Position numbers and translations under genes: made by a program. Of a stretch of DNA of 64,000 bases, positions 49,003 to 61,780 are shown in pieces. Below the pieces are notes generated by a model that was not told the DNA's origin, made no database searches, and was given only the letters and a program-made list of their open reading frames with translations. Origin of the DNA: Malacoraja senta (lineage: Eukaryota); contig CM075988.1 of assembly GCA_038087875.1 (NCBI GenBank), forward strand, positions 23,190,001 through 23,254,000. The letters are read 5' to 3'. Numbering within the stretch: the first letter of the stretch is position 1; each line of letters opens with the position of its first letter.

Positions 49003-49307
49003 ATGGCGCAGCAGGGTGGCACAGCGGTAGAGTTGCTGCCTTACAACGCAGGAGACCTGGGGATCGATCCTTACTACAAGTGTTTATCTGTATGGAGTTT
49101 GTACGTCCTCCTGTGACCACGTGGGGTTTCTCCGGGAGCTCTGGTTTCCTCACACACTCCAAAGACGTACAGGTTTGATAGGCTGATTGGCTTGGTATAA
49201 TCGTAAATTGTCCCTAGTGTGTAGGATAGCGTTAGCGTGTGGGGATCGCTGGTCGGCGCGGCCGAAGGGCCTGTTTCCGCCCTGTATTCCTAAATTAAAC
49301 CAACTAA
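49003..49307 (+). mobile_element. HE1/V-SINE-type SINE
   Basis: Head, body and tail; divergent from the 48590 copy. Confidence 0.87.
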
Positions 49308-49329
49308 GAATATTTGGTTCCTTTACACC

Positions 49330-49930
49330 TGGTCCCTTCATCCAAGACAATGATAATAATGGATTGAAAATAACTGCCCCAAGCACTGTAGCCTATGACA
49401 CCAGTTACAGCATGCCATCCTTTAGTTGGCCTGTTTACCCCTTCTCTTTTATATTCTGTCAGCCAGCCCTTTGTCCATGCTAGTATATTGCACCCATTGC
49501 TTGAATAGTTTCCTCCTGTATTCTTTTACGTGGCACCTGATCAAATGCCTTTTGGAAATCCAAATGCACAATTAGTTTCCTTCTGTTTGCTTTGCTTGCA
49601 ATATCCTCAAAGATTTCCCTTTCATTAATCTCTGTTGACTCGGCCGCATTGTGTTACAATTTGCAAAATGTCCGTCTGCTACTTCTTTCTCAATGGATTT
49701 CAGCATTTCTGTCCCAACAGATGTCAAGCCACAGGTCCTGTAGTTTCCTGCTTTCTGCCGTTCTCCTTTCTAGAAGGGGGGCCTCATGTTTGCAGCTTCC
49801 TAACCCGCTTGCGACCCTTGCAGAATCCATGGCATTTTGGTAGATCACGATCAGTACATCCATTATCTCTGCAGCTGGTTCTACATGTTTGGATGAAGAC
49901 CTCAAGTCCACCATGTCCATGCTGACCATC
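49330..49930 (-). mobile_element. Degraded CR1 reverse-transcriptase fragment
   Basis: Minus strand VHLDFQKAFDQVP and IVIYQNAMDSARV motifs with many disruptions. Confidence 0.65.
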
Positions 49931-50257
49931 AACACAAATCCCCCCCCCCCCCCCCCCACCCCCCCCCCATCATCCCAGATATACACTAATCCTGCCACCT
50001 GCTGACTCAACTAGTCAACTACAGGCTAAAGCCAACAACCTGCACATCTTTGAGACTTGGATGAACCTAGAGGAAGCCCACACCATCACAGGGTGAACGT
50101 GCCGTGAAAAAAATACTTGTTCAGAGGCTCTGCCATTTCTGTATTTGTGCTTTGATCCTACCTATTCCCCTCAAGATTTAATACACCTCTATAAGATCAT
50201 CCCTCTTCCTCCTGCACTCCTAAAAATTAAAGCCCCAGCCAACCTAAGGAACTAGAA

Positions 50258-50478
50258 GAGAGACACAAAATGCTGGAGTAACTCAGCGGGACAGGCAGCA
50301 TCTCTGGAGAGAAGGAATAAGTGACATTTCAGGTCGAGACCCTTCTGAAGAAACGTCACTCAACCCGAATCGTCACCCATTCCTTCTCTCCAGAGATGCT
50401 GCCTGCCCCGCTGAGTTACTCCAGCTTTTTGTGTCTATCTTCGGTGTAAACCAGCATCTGCAGTTCCTTCCTACACAC
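50258..50478. repeat. Palindromic PLE terminal-repeat element
   Basis: Inverted arms; aaggaactagaa is repeated on both flanks. Confidence 0.82.
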
Positions 50479-51131
50479 GAAGGAACTAGAACACTAGTGC
50501 TGCGACTCTTGATGGGGGTGAAGCCTGAAAGCAAAATAATAGCTGACATTGTTGAAAGACAGATGTCTGTCAGTCTGTTGACAGCTCCTGGGCTACAGGT
50601 GAGTCCGACTATACCCAGACAAAGGTGTCCAACTCAGCTTTGATGCCAATGTGCTTTGCGTAGGAAAATATTGTCACACTTCTAGTAATAGTTTGAGCGG
50701 ATGGTTAAACATCCGACGTATTTTCTCGTTTTTGTCACGGGATTATGAACATAAGCAAATGTCCTCCATCCAGCAGCTGTCCAAGGCGGAGCTTTCAAAC
50801 CTGCAAAAGGTCAACAATGTTTAAAAAGCTAACAGAAGAATGCAAGAGCATCTATTTAAACGTTTCATACACTAATGGTCCAATTAACCTCTTGTGAAGA
50901 GCTTTTAAAGAGCTTCTTGCTTTTTGAAGTGAATTGTCTTTCAAATTGCATGATGCATTGCTGAGATGTCATTCACGTACAAATTGTTAAAAAGAATAGT
51001 GGAACCATTGTGATATTTATTTTTTAAATTAATGGTCTGCCTCAGTCACGTGTGCTCTCTCACCATTGAAGTTAATCATAAACCACAATAGCAAAGCTCT
51101 GATTTCAACTCCAATTTGGAATTGGGCAGGC

Positions 51132-51350
51132 AGGAACTGCAGATGCTGGTTTACGTCAAAGAGCTGGAGTAACTCGATGGGTCAGGCAGCATCTCTGGAG
51201 AGAAGGAATGGGTGACGTATCGGGTCGAGACCCTTCTTCAGATTCGGACCGTCTGAAGAATTGTCTCGACCTGAAACGTCACCCATTCCTTCTCTCCAGA
51301 GATGCTGCCTGTCCCGCTGAGTTACTCCAGCATTTTGTGTCTTGTATCTT
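51132..51350. repeat. Palindromic PLE terminal-repeat element with two opposed hammerhead-like motifs
   Basis: Motifs at 51214-51241 (-) and 51253-51280 (+); tttggaattgggcagg is repeated on both flanks. Confidence 0.82.
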
Positions 51351-53124
51351 TGGAATTGGGCAGGTGGGGGCTGAGGACTATTAATCAACCCTTCCCCTAT
51401 TCCTCAGCGCAGGGGTCCAGAGTGAGACCTACCCACCTCCCTGTCCTCAGATATCTCGAGGAACTAGTGGAAGATAGGGGTAGTGGAATATTAGACATAA
51501 GGAACTGCAAATGCTGGAGTCAGGCAACATTTCTGGAGGACATGGATAGATGATGTTTTGGGTTGGGAGCCAAGAGTGTTTTATTGTCATATGTCCCAGA
51601 TAGAACAATGAAACTCTTACTTGCAGCAGCACAGCAGGACATGTAAATGTCAGAATTTGTCTGAAGACGGGTTCCAACCTGAAATGTTCCTGTCCATGTC
51701 AAGCAGTGGAATATTAGCTGTAGAATACTGAAGATACAGTATGCAATATCCGGAGGCCTTTATCGAGTTGCCGCTGTCTCAATGGGTCCCGGATCGCCGT
51801 GTAGAAGCCCAGGTCGGGGCCTCACGGGTCGGACGGAGGAGCCAAGGCCGCGCGGGTCGGAGTCCGGGTCGGTGGAGCGGCCGACGGAGCCCGTGGCTGG
51901 GTCCCGGGTCAGCACAACGGCGGCGCGGAGTGGGGCGTCGACAGCCGTGAGGCCTCGGCAGCGGTGAAGCAGCGGTGAAGCCTCACGATGATGGGGCCTC
52001 GCTTGGTGGTGAAGCAGTTGCTGGTCGATAAGAGCGTGGAGGACCACCGTGAGTAGGGGGTGAACAATGGAGGACCTGGCGTTGTGGGATCACCGTGAGG
52101 GGGGAGAAAAATGGCAGGGGGGGGGAACAAAGGACAATGAGGACCCGGCGTGGGAGAACCGCTGGGAGGGGGGGGGGGATGGGGGGAGAACAATGGAGCA
52201 CCCGGTGTTGTGTTTAACAAAGAACTGCAGATGCTGGAACAATCGAAGGTAGACAAAAAATGCTGGAGAAACTCAGCAGGGGAGGCAGCATCTATGGAGA
52301 GAGGGAATAGGCGGCGTTTCGGGTCGAGACCTGGCGTGCTTTGTAACTTTGTCAGCGCAGTATGTGGCCGTTATTTGTATACTTTGGGTGTGCAAGCAAA
52401 GAATTTCACTGTGCGTGGTCACAAGTGACAATAAAGTATTCAATTCCATTCCAATATCTTCAATATTGATATTGTATTAAATATCAATATTATTCAATTA
52501 ATTCACCATCTCAGTGAAAAAGTTGCCTCTCAGGTTCTTATTACATCTTGCCCCTCTCACCCTAAACTTCCGTCCTATTCTGTGTAAGGGACTCTGCATC
52601 CACCTCCTTATAATTTTGCACAACTAAATGCAGATGTTATAGGAGCAGAATTAGGCCATTCGGCCCATCAAGTCTATTCCATCATTCAATCATGGCTGTT
52701 CTAACTTTCCCTCTCAACCCCATTATCCTGCCTTCTCCCCATAATCCCTGACACCCGTACTAATCAAGAATAAGGGTCAACCTCTATAAGATCAACCCTC
52801 AGCCTCCAACGCTCCAAGGAATAAAGTCCTAGTTTGTCTAATCTCTCCCTGTAGCTCGGGCCTTTGAGTCCGGGCAACATCCTTTAAAATCTTCTCAGCA
52901 CTCTTTCCAGTTTAATGACAACCTTCCTATTGCAGGAATTCACGGCCTAATTTTCTCCCGCTGGTCCAACATCGAAGGAGTTCATGGAGATGAATCATTT
53001 TCTACGCGGCTGGCAGGGGTGAAGCCAGCACTCTGCATTCATGCATTTCTATGAGTTGCAAATGAACCACCACATTTTTTGATGCACTTGTGAAGACAGT
53101 AACAAGGAGAAGATCAGAACAAAT

Positions 53125-53734
53125 GTTCAAGTTCAAGTGAGTTTATTGTCATGTGTTCCTGATAGGACAATGAAATTCTTGCTTTGCTTCAGCACAACAG
53201 AACATAGTAGGCATTGACTACAAGGCATTCTATAAATATATACACACATGAATCAATATACTGATAAAGTGCAAATAACAGTTAGTTGGCTAATAAAGTT
53301 CAGTGTTTTGTCCGAGCCAGGTTTAATAGCCTGATGGCTGTGGGGAAGTAGCTATTCCTGAACCTGGTCGTTGTAGTCTTCAGGCTCCTGTACATTCTAC
53401 CTGAAGGTAGTAGGGAGATGAGTGTGTGGCCAGGATGGTGTGGGTCCTTGATGATACTGCCAGCCTTTTTGAGGCAGCGACTGTGATAGATCCCCTCGAT
53501 GGAAGGGAAGTCAGAGCCGATGATGGACTGGGCAGTGTTTACTACGTTTTGTAGTCTTTTCCTCTCCAGGGCGCTCAAGTTGCCGAACCAAGCCACGATG
53601 CAACCGGTCAGCATGCTCTCTACTGTGCACCTGTAGAAGTTAGAGAGAGTCCTCCTTGACAAACCGACTCTCCGTAATCTTCTCAGGAAGTAGAGGCGCT
53701 GATGAGCTTTCTTAATAATGGCATCAGTGTTCAT
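53125..53734 (-). mobile_element. Rex1/Babar-type LINE 3' end
   Basis: KKAHQRLYFLRRL...FYRCTVESMLTGCIVAWFGN...FRNSYFP; (cttgaa)n tail. Confidence 0.92.
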
Positions 53735-55657
53735 AACTTCATCAGTGATAGGAGCAGAATTAGGCCATTCGGCCTATCAAGTCGGCCATTCCGCCATTCA
53801 ATCATGGTTGATCTATCTCTCCCTCCTACTCCCCATAACCCCTGACACCCGTGCTAATGAAGAATCTATCCATCTCTGCCTTAAAAATATCAATTGACGG
53901 CCTCCACAGCCTCCTGTGGCAATGAACTCCATAGCTTTACCATCCTCTGACTAAAGAAATTCCTCCTCATCTTCCGAAAGGAACGTCCTTTAATTCTGAG
54001 GCTATGACCTTTCTGTTCCATTCTGGGATCATTCTGCTTCAATGAGTTTGCACTGGCAAACTGAATGGCGTGGTATTCTCCTGGCCGTGAAAGTTGTTGT
54101 CAAGAAAAAAACTACATCCAATATAATGCATCCACGGTGGAAAGCATGAAATATTAGTACACAATGAATGACTGTCTGCTGGGAAAGTGGAAAAGGATGT
54201 AAATGTAATCATCTTACTTTCATGGGAAGTATCCGGTTAATGTGAAGTCATTGTTGATAAGTAAATCCACATATCATTTCACTGCAAGTTGAAGCTGGTT
54301 ATTTCACTGGCACATATTTCATTGATTCATCAGTAGAAACCTGGGTTGTACAGTATTCTATCTAATACCTGCTGCGATTTTTTTCAAGAGGGCTCAGCAA
54401 ACATCTATAATAATAATTACGATTTAAAAAAAAAAGAATTGCAGGACGGTTAAAATTACCTGACATTGAAAATGAGATGAATTAAAGGGAAATACATATT
54501 CTGTTCAACATGAATGGAGAGCTGCAATTATTTCATGAAGGTAGACAAAATTGCTGGAGAAACTCAGCGGGTGAGGCAGCATCTATGGAGCGAAGGAATA
54601 GGTGACGCTTCGGGTCGAGACCCTTCTTCAGACTGATGGGGTTATTTAATGTTTAATGTTCAGGGGATGAATAGGAAACTATGAATATGCAATTAAATCG
54701 TGCAAAGATGTTAAAAGGATTGGGGGCAGTAGATAATCTTTCCACCAACAAATAGATAATTTGTCTGCAAACTTTCTTCCCTTAATGAAGGAGTGAGATT
54801 TCTTTTACCCCAGTTTTGATGAATGGTCCTAGATATTAAAAGCTAACGTTATTTTTCGTTTCCCAGATATTGCCTGGCTTGCTGAGTGTGTCCAAAATTC
54901 TCTGTTTTTTTTATTTATCAGCTTAAAGTTTGTTTGTTTTCCTGGGACACTGATCTGCAATGGGAGGTGCGACATGGATGGCTGTAGGGCAAGTAAAGAG
55001 CACGGAGGACCTTTGGAGGGACGGAGCCTCCATTCCGGGCTTGACTGGGGTTCAATGACCATGCGGCTAGATACAAGATAAAGGCAACTCCAATGTGATA
55101 GCACATGGTAGATATACAGCATAATGACCAGAAAGGGCACACTGGCTTTTCTTCAGTTCAGCTGTGAACCAAGTAAGAGTTGGTCTTGGCATTATACTCA
55201 GCACAATCATTGTGGGCCGAATGGCCTGACCCTGTGCGGTACTCCTCTATGTTCTATCTTCTATCCACCTGCAGCGGGAGGATGAAGAAACTAAAGGTGC
55301 TGGACTTTAGCAGCTGGTCTTTAAGGCAGATAGAGTCGTAATCATAGAGTCATAAAGCACGGAAACAGGTCCTTCGGTCCAACTTGTCCGTGCCTGCCAA
55401 GATACCCCATCTACAATAGTCCCATCTACCTGCATTTGGATCATATCCCACTAAACCTTTCCTATCTCTGTAGTTGTCTTTTGAATCTTGCTGTAGCAGT
55501 AACAGGAGGAATTGCCATTGTGGAAAAAAAGAGGATTTAACAAAAATCTGCTGTATCAGGGCCATGAGATCTACCAAACCCTACGGCCTACCAATGGGAT
55601 TCTGACAGAGGTTCTCAAAGCTGCTGAGGTCTTCACCCATCCTCAATGCAAAGAAGT

Positions 55658-55685
55658 CTGAAGAAGGGTCTCGACCCGAAACGTC
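55658..55685 (+). ncRNA. Minimal hammerhead ribozyme motif in PLE terminal repeat
   Basis: AGT-CTGAAGAAGGGTCTCGACCCGAAACGTC-AC. Confidence 0.58.
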
Positions 55686-56136
55686 ACCTATTCCTTTGCT
55701 CCATAGATGCTGCCTCACCCTCTGAGTTTCTCAATCATTTTTGTCTACCTTCAAAGCAAAGATGGACAGTTTCAAATATTTTGGGAGACAACAGTGTTTT
55801 GGAGATATTCAACCTATGGCTGAATCAACATAAGTTACTCTCCAGCATTTTTGTGTACCTTACTCTCCAAGGGTTGTGTTTATTCACAACAAGATTGTAT
55901 GGAGAATTTCAACTGTGGGATTGAGGGAGCATTGTTGAGGGAAACAAAAAAAGTCACAAAGTGCTGGAGTAACTCAGCAGGCCAGGCAGCATCTCAGGAG
56001 GACATGGGTAGGCAAAGTTTTGTTTCGCAACCCTTCATCCGACCCAAAACTGTGAATCTGCGGAATTCTTTGCCACAGAAGGCTGTGGGGGGAAAGTCAG
56101 TGGATATCTTTAAGGCAGAGATAGATAGATTCTTGT

Positions 56137-56510
56137 GTTAAAGAAGGAACTGCAGATGCTGGAAAATCGAAAATCCAGCGGAATATGAGGTGCATTTCCT
56201 CCAATTTACGGTGTTACGATCTTGGAGGAAATGCACCTCATATTCCGCTTGGGCAGTCTACATCCTGGTGGCCTGAACGTTGAATTCTCCCAATTCTGCT
56301 AGCCCTGGCTGTCCCCTCCCCTTCATCAGCCATCTGGTTGTCTGCTCCCCTCCCCCAGCCCTCGGGCTCCTCCTCCACCTTTCTTTTTTTCCTTTCTTCT
56401 CCCCACCCCCTATCAGTCTGAAGAAGGGTTTCGGCTCGAAACGTTACCTATTTCCTTCGCTCCATAGATGCTGCTGCACCCGCTGAGTTTCTCCAGCATT
56501 TTTGTGTACC
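56137..56510 (+). mobile_element. 5'-truncated Penelope-like element with inverted 5' segment, nested in a CR1 tail
   Basis: LEEMHLIFRLGSLHPGGLNVEFSQF; 27-bp inverted copy at 56178-56204; hammerhead motif at 56418-56445; flanked by duplicated atagatagattcttg. Confidence 0.85.
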
Positions 56511-56791
56511 ATAGATAGATTCTTGATTAGTACGGGTGTCCAAGGTTATGGGGAGAATGCAGGAGAATGGGGTGAGGAGGGAGAGATAGATCAGCCATGA
56601 TTGAATGGCGGAGTGGACTTGATGGCCGAATAGCCTAATTCTACTCCTATCTCATAAGATCTCATGATCTTATGAAACATCGTCTATTCTTGTACAAGAA
56701 GGAACTGCAGATGCTGGAAAATCGAAGGTAGACAAAATTGCTGGAGAAACTCAGCGGGTGCGGCAGCATCTATGGAGCGAAGGAAATAGGC

Positions 56792-56819
56792 AACGTTTCG
56801 GGCCGAAACCCTTCTTCAG
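56792..56819 (-). ncRNA. Minimal hammerhead motif, subfamily 2
   Basis: Minus strand CTGAAGA-A-GGGT-TTCG-GCCC-GAAAC-GTT (UUCG loop, U.G pair). Confidence 0.58.
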
Positions 56820-57559
56820 ACTAATTTTTGTCTATCGTCTATTCTTGTATTCCAGAGATGCTGCCTGACCCGCTGAATTACTCCAGCATTTTGTGTCTTT
56901 TTTCGTTAGCCGACATCTGCAGTCCATTGTGCTTATATTTGGTCAACTGCATCAAGTCGTAGACAACCTCTGAATTGTCCAGAGCTAGAGTGTGATAGCT
57001 GGCAACAAAATTCACGGGTGTGATTGAACCAGAATACCCTGATCAAATATAAAAAGATGTAAGATGTGCTCATCTCTCATGGCAGCTTTTGCTTGTACAT
57101 TTAGAAGCTGTTCCACGTCGATCAGGAACCTGACTGCAGAGATACGTGGATGGCTCTGAAATAAATAATACTCGGTTCACCAAAAACCTGCAGAATGTGA
57201 CAAAAAGTGTCTAACTGCTGGAGATAACGAAAATAGTGCAAATCCTCCTTCGTTCGCCATCCCTTCTTCATCCACTTTCTAAGCAGCATCCTCAGAAACA
57301 CAGCACTAACTTTTGACTTGAAAACCAGTGCGGTGTTAGCTGAAGTGAAATTCATTCACAGGTGTCAGGGGTTACGGGGAGAAGGCAGGAGAATGGGGTT
57401 GGGGGGGGGGGGGGGGGAGATAGATCAGCCATGATTGAATGGCGGAGTAGACTTGATGGGCCGAATGGCGGAGTAGACTTGATGGGCCGAATGACGGAGT
57501 AGACTTGATGGCGGAGTAGACTTGATGGGCCGAATGGCCTAATTCTGCTCCTATCACTT

Positions 57560-57820
57560 ATAATAATAATAATAATAATACATTTTATTTGTGGGCGCCT
57601 TATACCAAAGTCTCAAGGACACCTTACAGAGTTTAACAAGTACGAAACATATAATCGGAGTAAAATAAATTATAAAGACATCACCAATACACAAATTAAA
57701 GACAGAATTCGATCCAAAAACACACAAAAACAAAAAAAATCAGAAACACAATGTGAAGAGAGAGCAGCGGCAGCTAAACCGTGCCAGCGTACACTCTCTC
57801 TTCCGACCGCCATCTTGGAC
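57560..57820 (-). mobile_element. Short non-coding retroposon with AAGATGGCG head and L2-like tail
   Basis: Minus strand starts gtccaagatggcggtcgg and ends gtaaggtgtccttgag...aataaaatg(tat)n; interrupts a CR1 tail. Confidence 0.55.
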
Positions 57821-58619
57821 CTTATGATGTATTTGCCACTTTCACACTCATGCTGCTGGTTCAATGTTCAAGAGGGAACTGCAGATGCTGGAGAATCGAA
57901 GGTAGACAAAATTGCTGGAGAAACTCAGCGGGTGTGGCAGCATCTATGGAGCGAAGGAAAGAGGCAACGTTTTGGGCCGAAACCCTTCTTCAGACTGATT
58001 TTGTCTACCTGCTGTTCACTAGAGCTTTCATCTGTTGCCTTTCCGTCCATTCACTGGTGTTAACCAACTCTCCTTCATGGGTTAACAATATCTTGAAGAA
58101 AAAGTGGAGAGGAACTCAGTATCAACATGTACAGTCTTTGTCCACAAACATTGCCGACGTGACCACGCACTGTCAACTTCTTTTAGGAATGTAAACATCA
58201 CAGTCATTGTTTTTTCATATCAGAATGAGTTTGTACTTGTTTGAAAATAACTTGTAGGGATGGTAAAGAGAGAATGTCCGGGGCAGTTTATGTGCAGCAA
58301 CTTGTGCATGTGTGTTGTTGACAAACTGGGACTGCTGCATAGAGTCTCCCCAGATTGTATTCCCAAGGGACTCTTACAATGTTGTAACATTGACTGGACA
58401 CAAAGTGATGTCCAAATACTTTCTCCAACAAGTGGTTTAGAAAGTTAGTGCAGTTAATCATTAATCTTTCATTAATCCGCTTCATGCCTGCCCCGCTGAG
58501 TTACTCCAGCTTTTTGTGTCTATCTTCGTCATCTGCAGTTCCTTCCTACTCATTATTTAAGATACCATTTCAACATTCAAGCTGGTGAATTTTATTTCAA
58601 AGCTGCAATGTTGGCAAAC

Positions 58620-59217
58620 TGGGCAGCACGGTGGCGCAGCGGTAGAGTTGCTGCCCAACAGCGCCAGAGACCCGGGTTCGATCCTGTCTACGGGTGCTGT
58701 CTGTACGGAGTTTATACGTTCTCCCCGTGACTGCGGGGGTTTTCTCCGAGATCTTCGGTTTCCTCCCACACTCCAAAGACGTACAGGTACAGGTAATTGG
58801 CTTGCTGTAACTGTAAATTGTCCCTATTGGGTGTAGGATAATGTTAATGTGTGGGGATCGCTTTTCGGCGTGGACTTGGTGGGGGCTCCAACATTAAGAC
58901 CCGGAGCGGTGCCTTACATCGCCCGGAAAGGCCATAACGGCCGCGGGACTTGCCATCGCCCGCCGGGGGCTTTAACATCAGGAGAAGAATGGAACACAGG
59001 GGAGAGACGAGACTTTGCCTTCCATCACAATGAGGAAGAGATTCACTATGATGGATGTTTGTGTAAATTATGTTGGTGTGTGTCTTGGTTCTTTTCCTGT
59101 TGTATGACTGCAGAAACCAAATTTCGTTTGAACTTCATTTGAGGTTCAAATGACGATAAATAATTGTATTGTATTGTATTGAAGGGCCTGTTTCCGCGCT
59201 GTATCTCTAAAACTAAA
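58620..59217 (+). mobile_element. SINE interrupted by a Rex-tailed insert (58884-59180)
   Basis: SINE tail gtggg|...|gaagggcctgtttcc is split by an insert ending in (gtatt)n. Confidence 0.8.
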
Positions 59218-60278
59218 CTCAGCGGGACAGGCAGCATCTCTGGAGAGATGAATGGGTGACGTTTTGGATCTAGACCCATCTTCAGACTTTAAAATTCAAA
59301 TTAGTGTAAATGTGGTAGTTCTCTCCAAGTCCTTTTTCAAGGATGAAGATTGAAATGGAGACGGTAGTGTTCTGCACTATTGAATACTGCAATAATTAGG
59401 TACTGTTTCCCTGAATCTGGAACAGGCAGAAGAGATTAGTTTATCTTGGCTTCATGTTCGCACAGACATGTAGGCCAATTGGTCTGTTCCTGTGTTGTAT
59501 TGCTCAATGTACCATGAACTCTGTTCAAGTGCAAGTCTCAATTGAGGCCCCTGTCTGGTTCTCAGGTAATTGAGCACCTCACCCCATTCAACGGAAGGTT
59601 GGGACCAGACCAGTATTTATCTTTCCATTAACATCTCTCAGCCAGAACCCGATCGTTATCACATCGTCAGATGTGGGAACTTCCTTTCTCCAAGTTGCCT
59701 ACAGCTAAATAGACGATCTACCATTTCGAGTTAAATGCCTTGGAGGTTTAGTGAACATTATGCACAGTGCCAGTCTGTGAGGGAGAATTTTATTATTAAG
59801 CCCACTATACAGGCAATATTGTGGACGGTGTCAGGGGTTATGGGGAGATGGGAGGAGAATGGGGTTAAGAGGGAGAGATAGATCAGCCATGATTGAATGG
59901 CAGAGTAGACTTCATGGGCCGAATGGCCTAATTCTCCTCCTATCACATGAACTTATGAATATGAAATAATAGATGAGGTGGACAGTCAGAATCTTTTTCC
60001 TTCGATGGAAAAAAAATCAAATAATAAAGAGCAGAGCTTTAAGGTGAGAGGGGAAAAGTTTAAAGGAGATATAGCCTAATTCTATCACTTATGAACTTAT
60101 GACGCGACTTAGAGTTATGGGGACATACAGCATATGGGAATAGGCCCTTAGGTCCAACTCACACATGCCAACCAAGATGCCCCATCTACACTAGTCCCAC
60201 CTGCCTGTGTTTGGCCCACATCCCTCTAAACCTTTCCTATCCATGTGCCTATCCAAATGTCTTTAAAATTTTCTAGAA

Positions 60279-61385
60279 CAGGGGTGGGGAACCTGCGGCC
60301 TTCTAGGTCATTAAGTGCGGCCTTCTGAATGAATCCAAATTTTGTAGCACAAATCCTTTTATTTTTATTAATATGTTTTTGTTCGTCTTTTATTATTTTT
60401 ATTTTAATCTTAAAATGAACGTATTTAAAACACCAAAGAGTAAAAGAAGATTCAACGAAATAAGCCCTCCCCGACTGACGGCCACAATTGAAACATTAGT
60501 AAGTCATGAGGGCTATTTTAACAAAATAATGTACATTCTGACAGGCACGGAACTCGCTATCAAAATATGGAGGGGACCAGGGGACCAGGGGACAGGGGGG
60601 ACACCATTTTTTGGCGGCCGCGCGCGAATGCGCACATTCACACACACATGCGCGAGGCTTCGGAGGCTCAATCCAGTGCTAAATGCAGCTCAACACTGCC
60701 TGTCTCGCCGAGTTAACCTACAGCCCGGCCTGGACTGACGGGATATCAGCGCTGCTTCTCCACGCTGGCCATATTTCCCGCAAGCCCAGGCAGGTTAAGC
60801 TGGCGGGACAGGCAGAGTTGAGCTGGGTTTACCGCTGCTTCTCTGCACTGGCTGTGGGCCTGGGGGTACCGCTCCCGTCTGACTCCCGACCTCTCCGGCC
60901 ACCCGTGGGAGGGGGGGGGGGCACTCGGGTGGGGACGGGACAGCGCCGGAGACCCGGCCGGGATCGATCCTGGCTGCGGATGAGGAGCAGGTCTGTGCCA
61001 CGTCTCCCTCCTCCAATCACGGCGCTCTATCCTCAGTCCCACCCCCCCCCCCCCACTCCTCCCTCCTCCAATCATCGCGTTGAATCATCATGTCCTGCCC
61101 CCATTGCCTGCTGACCGACGTCTCTCTCGTCCAATCATCGCGCCCATCGATCAGCGGTCCCACCTGTCTCGCGGAAAGCGGAGATTTTAAAATCTGGATG
61201 ACAAAAACTTGGGGGGGATGTCCCCCACCTCTCAAAATATGGGGGGGGGTGTGTCCCCTCTGGCCCCCCAGTTTTTCCACCCCTGCATTTTGAAGTATAT
61301 CTAATTGAAGTTTCTTGGATGCGGCCTTATTAGATCACAGCTAGCTTAATGCGGCGTTAAAACGTGAAAAGGTTCCTCACCCCTG
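60279..61385. mobile_element. hAT (Charlie-like) non-autonomous transposon
   Basis: 8-bp TSD TTCTAGAA; TIR CAGGGGTG(G/A)GGAACCT; inserted in a CR1 remnant. Confidence 0.9.
60542..61285. mobile_element. GC-rich hAT-like element nested in the previous one
   Basis: 8-bp TSD CATTCTGA/CATTTTGA; CAGG...CCTG termini; repeated caaaatatgg/ggggac subterminal motifs. Confidence 0.72.
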
Positions 61386-61504
61386 TTCTAGAAGCTGCCT
61401 CAACTGCATCCTCTGGCAGCTTGTCCCAGACCCCATCACCGTCTGTGCCACCTGCCACAATCCTCTTCTGAAATATTTCAACGGAACCAAACCTCAGTGG
61501 AACC

Positions 61505-61780
61505 GGCGAGGTGGCGAAGGGGTAGAGTTGCTGCCTTACAGCGCCAGGGACCCGGGTTCGATCCTGACTACGGGAGCTGCCTGTTTGGGAGTTTGTACGT
61601 TCTCCCTGTGACCTCGTGGGTTTTCTCCGGGTGCTCCGGTTTCCTTCCACACTCCAAAGACGGGCAGGTTTGTAGGTTAATTGGCTTCGGTAAATTGTTC
61701 CTTGTGTTCAGGATAGAACGAGTGTGCGGGTGATCATTGGTCGGCACGGACTCGGTGGGCCGAAGGGCACTGTTTCTCTG
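61505..61780 (+). mobile_element. HE1/V-SINE-type SINE
   Basis: B box GGGTTCGATCC; body and tail. Confidence 0.85.

Noticed and set aside
51740..52200. CpG-rich stretch as a host gene promoter
   Set aside because: It leads into a Rex-type tail (gaatttcactgtg...tgacaataaag, ~52400-52450), so it is more likely part of a retroposon
54829..55142. Unique-sequence ORFs of 103 and 74 aa
   Set aside because: No recognisable domain or coherent splice structure; lengths compatible with chance
57122..57355. 77-aa ATG-initiated ORF in unique sequence
   Set aside because: No recognisable homology or supporting signals
57437..57540. ~26-bp tandem repeats gatgggccgaatggcggagtagactt
   Set aside because: Local slippage within a CR1 3' UTR
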